Shown in pieces: positions 60,126 through 64,000 of a stretch of DNA of 64,000 nucleotides (the stretch's first letter is position 1; each line of letters opens with the position of its first letter). A program made the translations under genes and the position numbers. This DNA comes from Octopus sinensis (taxonomy: Eukaryota), in assembly GCF_006345805.1 (NCBI RefSeq), contig NC_043026.1:806001-870000 (forward strand). The letters are read 5' to 3'. The notes below the pieces were generated by a model. The model was given only the letters and a program-made list of their open reading frames with translations. It had not been told where the DNA came from and did no database searches.

Positions 60126-63100
60126 CGGATGAGGTTCTATATCGACTTCGCTTGCCTCAAAGGTCTTTGTGTCCAAGGGAGGAAAGGCATTCATAAGTGG
60201 GCTGGGCTCACTTGTACTGCCTGGTCTTCTCACGTACAGAATATTTCCAAGGTTCTCGGTCTCTGGTCATTTCCTCAGTGAGTGAGGCCTAAAGTTCGAA
60301 GGTCGTGCTTCACCACCTCGTCCCAGGTTTTCCTGGGGTCACCTCTTCCACGGTTCCCTCAACTGCTAGGGATTGGCACTTTCTCACACACCTATCTTCA
60401 TCCATTTCTCGCCACATGACCATACCAGCGCAATCGTCTCTCTTGCAACACCACAACTGATGCTTCTTAGGTAAAACATTTCTCTCAGGGTGCTAACGCT
60501 CTGTCGAGTATGTACACTGACATTACACATCCATCGGAGCATACTGGCTTCATTCCTCACGAGCTTACGCATGTCCTCAGCAGTCAAGCCCATGTTCGCT
60601 GCCATGTAGCATGGTGTTCGTACACACGCATCATACAGTCTGCCTTTTACTCTGAGCGAGAGGCCTTTAGTCACCAGCAGAGGTAAGAGCTCCCTAAACT
60701 TTGCCCAGGCTATTCTTATTCTAGCAGTTACACTTTTCAGCGCACCCAACCCCACTACTGACTTGGTCACCTAGATACGGAAGCTATCAACTACTTCTAT
60801 GTTTTTCCCCCTGGAAAGTGACGGAAGTTGTTTTCTGCAGATTTTCGGAGGTTAATGCTCCCGAGGATCTGCCACATACAAAAACTATCTTCCCAGTTAG
60901 CCTACTACCTTGACATTGCTGCACCCTCTTATGTGTCCATAGCTTACACTGGGTACATCTTATAGAGTTTTCTACCTACACCTTTTCTACAGATCGAGCA
61001 GGGCCATCTCCTGAAGATATTTGTGGATTGTCTACCTTTCTACTTATTAGTACTTTGGTTTTAGCTAGGGTGACTCTAAGGCCCTTGATTCTAAACCCTC
61101 CTTCCACACCTGGACTTCTCCTCCCTCAGTTCTGATAGTGACTCAGCAATAAGAGGCAAGGTCGTCAGCGTAGAGGAGCTCCCAGGGACAGCCTGTCTTG
61201 AATTCTCCTGTAATTGCCTGGAGAGTACTATGATAAAATAGGAGGGGGTGGAGTACTGAAACCCTGGTGGACCCCAACCTCTACTTTGAAGTCTTCTTCT
61301 GTGTACATGTTGCCACCCTAAACCTTACTTACGGCATCTCTGTACATGGTTGCACAGTCCTCACCAGCCATTCATCTATCCCTAGTTTCCTCATTGACCA
61401 CCAGAAAAGGGATCGGGGGACACTATCAAAAGCTTTCTCCAGTCAACGAAAGCTAGGTACAGGGCTAATCTTTGGCTAGGTATTCTCCTGCACTGCTTAC
61501 CAGGAATATAGCATCAGTGGTACTTTTTCCTGGCACGAACCCAAACTGCACTCATCGTAAAACTAACTCCCTCTCTAATTAGTTGGGCTTATACCTCTCC
61601 GTACCTTCATTACCTGATCTAGCAGCTTGATAGCCCTGTAATTATTTGTATCTAGGGCATCACCTTTACCTTGTAGCAGTTTGACTAGTATGCTGCTGCA
61701 CCAGTCATTGGGTATGACTCCTTCGTGTATCACCTGGTTGACTATACGGTGACTAGGTTATAGCCGACACTGCCAGATATTTTGAGCATCTCTGCAGTAA
61801 TTCCTGATGGGCCTGGGGCTTTCCCTGTCTTCATGCTTCTAATTGCCTTAGCTACCACGGAACTATCAACTCGGATAGCTGGTCCCTCTGTAGGGTCAAC
61901 ATTCGGCAGACTCTCTTATCCCATTCATTTTCCTCATTCAGTAACCTTTCATAGTGGCGTCTCCAAGCTTCTCTCTTTGCATCCTCATTTAGCGCAAAGT
62001 GAACCATCCTCCATGCGAACACATTTCTCTCCTACCAATCACGATTCTCTCTCACACACTGTCTTGCAACACGAAATACCTCAAGTCTTTCATCCTCACG
62101 GCGCAGGACATTGGCAATTTTCTCTTATCTGCTTCCCCTCTGGCTAGATAGACCTGTCTCTAGCTTCCCTTCTGGCAGTCTGATACCCTTCCTGCTACCA
62201 CCGTTCTTCCAGGCCTTCAAGCCTGTTCTTTGTCTATAGCCCTGTCAACACTATTGTTCCAACCACCACGTTATTTGGGGTCTTAAGGGGCTTTGCACCA
62301 GCCACAGATCTGGTCAGCGGCTTTCAGCAGGTTGTCCCTCAGAAACGTCCAGTTGTTCTTCTACCCCATGTGTAGCTATACCCCCTTCCACTTCGTCAAG
62401 GCTTCAAGTAACATATCTCAAATCTCTGTCCATTCGCAGGGGCTTAAAGCTTCCAGACCCTTCTTCTCCATGTGGTCGTCTCTAGTCGCCCTTAGTCCTG
62501 ATCCTAAAGTCACTAACTACCAGTCTATGTTGTGGGGTGCATTCTTCGCCTGGAAGGTTTTGGCATTTTTAAGCAGCCATCTTTCCCTTTTTCTGGCAGG
62601 ATGTAGTCGATTTGGCTAGTATGCCGGCCCGATCGGTAGGTGACCAGGTGGCTTGTTGGTTTCCTGAAGTTAGTGTTGCAGACCATAAGGACTATTCGCA
62701 TCGCAGAACTCCAGCAGCCTGGTCCCTCCTCGTTGCGGGAACCATAACCGAGCTCCATGTACGCCATGGTAGCCCCAGCATGTCGTCCAACATGCCCATG
62801 AATGAATCACCAGCCACAAAGAGAAGGTCCCTGTCGTTCGTCGATGAGGTGGTCTGCAGTAGGGTGTCATAGAAACTGTCTTTCTGTCCATCGGGTAGCC
62901 CTGGCTGAGGGGCATAGGCCGAATATAATGGTGCTAATCTATTATGAAGCACTATTCTAATCTTAAGTAATTCTGCACTTACTCTGATTACCCTCAATTA
63001 CTCTATCTATCCATTTCTCAGCGATAATTATACCCACGCCACCAACCCCGTCAGTGTCCCTGCCCAGAAAATCTTGTACCTGTGTCCCTTGCCTGTGAGG

Positions 63101-63422
63101 ACCCTAGCAATCCTCCTCTCCACCTTATTTCTTGCATACAACATACATCAACACGTCCTCCCGTTCAAAGCCTGACTATCTCGCCAGACCTACTTTCAAT
63201 GTGCCAACGTTGAGGGTGCCTACCCTGAGGGGTGGGAGGTGTGGGGCCTCTGAGACCCTGGGATGAGGGGCCGCAGTGTTCTGTACCTGAAAGAAAGCTT
63301 GCATTTGCCAGATATCATACTGAGACTCTAGACTACAACCTGCCAAAATTTCAAAGTTTTGCGCTATATGATCACAATAAACCCTACATAGGGGTGCGGG
63401 GGGGGGTCAAGAAAGATGAAAA

Positions 63423-63527
63423 CAGAAACTTCCGGTTCTGGTAGAGGGGTGGGAGGGCGGGGTCACCTGAAAGATAGAAAGCAGAAACTTCCGGTTCTGG
63501 TAGACGGGTTGGAGGGCGGGGTCACCT
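63423..63527 (-). promoter_or_regulatory. Duplicated 46 bp module with an ETS-type CCGGAAGT and a GC box, putative RTE internal promoter
   Basis: 63423-63468 and 63482-63527 are near-identical and lie upstream of the RTE ATG; function is inferred. Confidence 0.45.
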
Positions 63528-63566
63528 CCAAGGAACAACAGGTTTTAAGTTAAATATATTATACAT

Positions 63567-63597
<31 letters not shown>

Positions 63598-63724
63598 AAT
63601 ATATATATTATATATATATATAAAGATACATACAGACACATGTACACATGTATAGATTCAATAATATATATACATAATATGAATATATATATGTATATAT
63701 AATATACATAATAAAATAAATATA

Positions 63725-64000
63725 TTCTATATTATTAAACTGTAGTTGTGTGAGTGTCTGTCCCTTCGATTTAGATTCCTAACTACTCCCACATTTTGCG
63801 GTGCAGTTAACCAAATTCGGGTATCTTATAGTCGTGATTAATATCAAGCCCGTCTGGCATCAGCGTGCGTCTACGATGAGTCTACGATTTTAAAAATAAT
63901 TTAACATAATTTTTTATTCCATTTTAATGCATAATTTTTCGTGTGTCTATGGCGGCGGAGTTGGCGTCCATGGTCACCAACCTGCACCTGTTTGCTTCTC
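63725..64000 (+). mobile_element. Helitron-like element related to 29421-29729, truncated by the window end
   Basis: TTAGATTCCTAACTACTCCCACATTTTGCGGTGCAG...TATCTTATAGTCGTGATT is shared with 29421-29729. Confidence 0.8.

Larger units (their letters stand above)
59224..63549 (-). mobile_element. Apparently full-length RTE-clade LINE (APE endonuclease plus RT), heavily frameshifted as assembled
   Basis: ATG at 63304 gives MQAFFQVQ...LRVGTLNVGTLK (APE start); SQIDYIL; GCPWELLYADDL at ~61160-61190; ARIRIAWAKFRELLPLL...LYDACVR; (GAT)n tail at 59224; candidate TSD TTAAATATAT at 59209 and 63550. Confidence 0.92.

Noticed and set aside
59278-60281. 240-293 aa ORFs with repeated motifs
   Set aside because: They are translations of the 155 bp tandem repeat in the RTE 3' UTR, antisense to the element.
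53761-64000. Upstream kinase exon ending in His-Arg (phase 2)
   Set aside because: I searched unique segments by eye. The only CACAG|gtatg match (~56310) is inside a microsatellite, so the exon probably lies beyond the window.

Overview
AT-rich, extremely repeat-dense animal genomic DNA. It is most likely from an octopod cephalopod; this is inferred from the tRNA-headed SINE families, RTE LINEs and kilobase microsatellite patchworks, and was not checked against a database. The only host gene I can support is a minus-strand AMPK-related (CAMKL; HUNK/MARK-like) Ser/Thr kinase. Four exons join in frame through canonical GT-AG sites: 53760-53702, 17110-16981, 11307-11162 and 6040-5886. They encode (R)[78 protein letters not shown]...HLTP-ECKELINKLIEPSPSLRLPLMDVEIHPWVT...KNQ, with introns of about 36.6, 5.7 and 5.1 kb. 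I did not find the N-lobe exons or the C-terminal exons, so they probably lie outside the window. The rest is intronic: SINEs of at least five families, RTE and CR1 LINE pieces including one apparently full-length 4.3 kb RTE, mariner/Tc1, hAT, Helitron/Helentron and foldback elements, Penelope-type terminal remnants, a ~300 bp satellite, minisatellites and microsatellites. Almost all long ORFs in the supplied track are low-complexity or transposon artefacts. There is no CRISPR array, rRNA or true tRNA gene. The best leads are: (1) minimal hammerhead-ribozyme motifs, including a U3-A8 covariant copy and a same-strand pair within one kinase intron; (2) a candidate recursive splice site near the middle of the 36.6 kb intron; (3) a full-length RTE whose damage looks like sequencing indels and which carries a duplicated ETS+GC-box module; (4) many long inverted-repeat structures that could form dsRNA in the pre-mRNA. 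Repeat boundaries were read by eye and are approximate unless a TSD or splice site fixes them.
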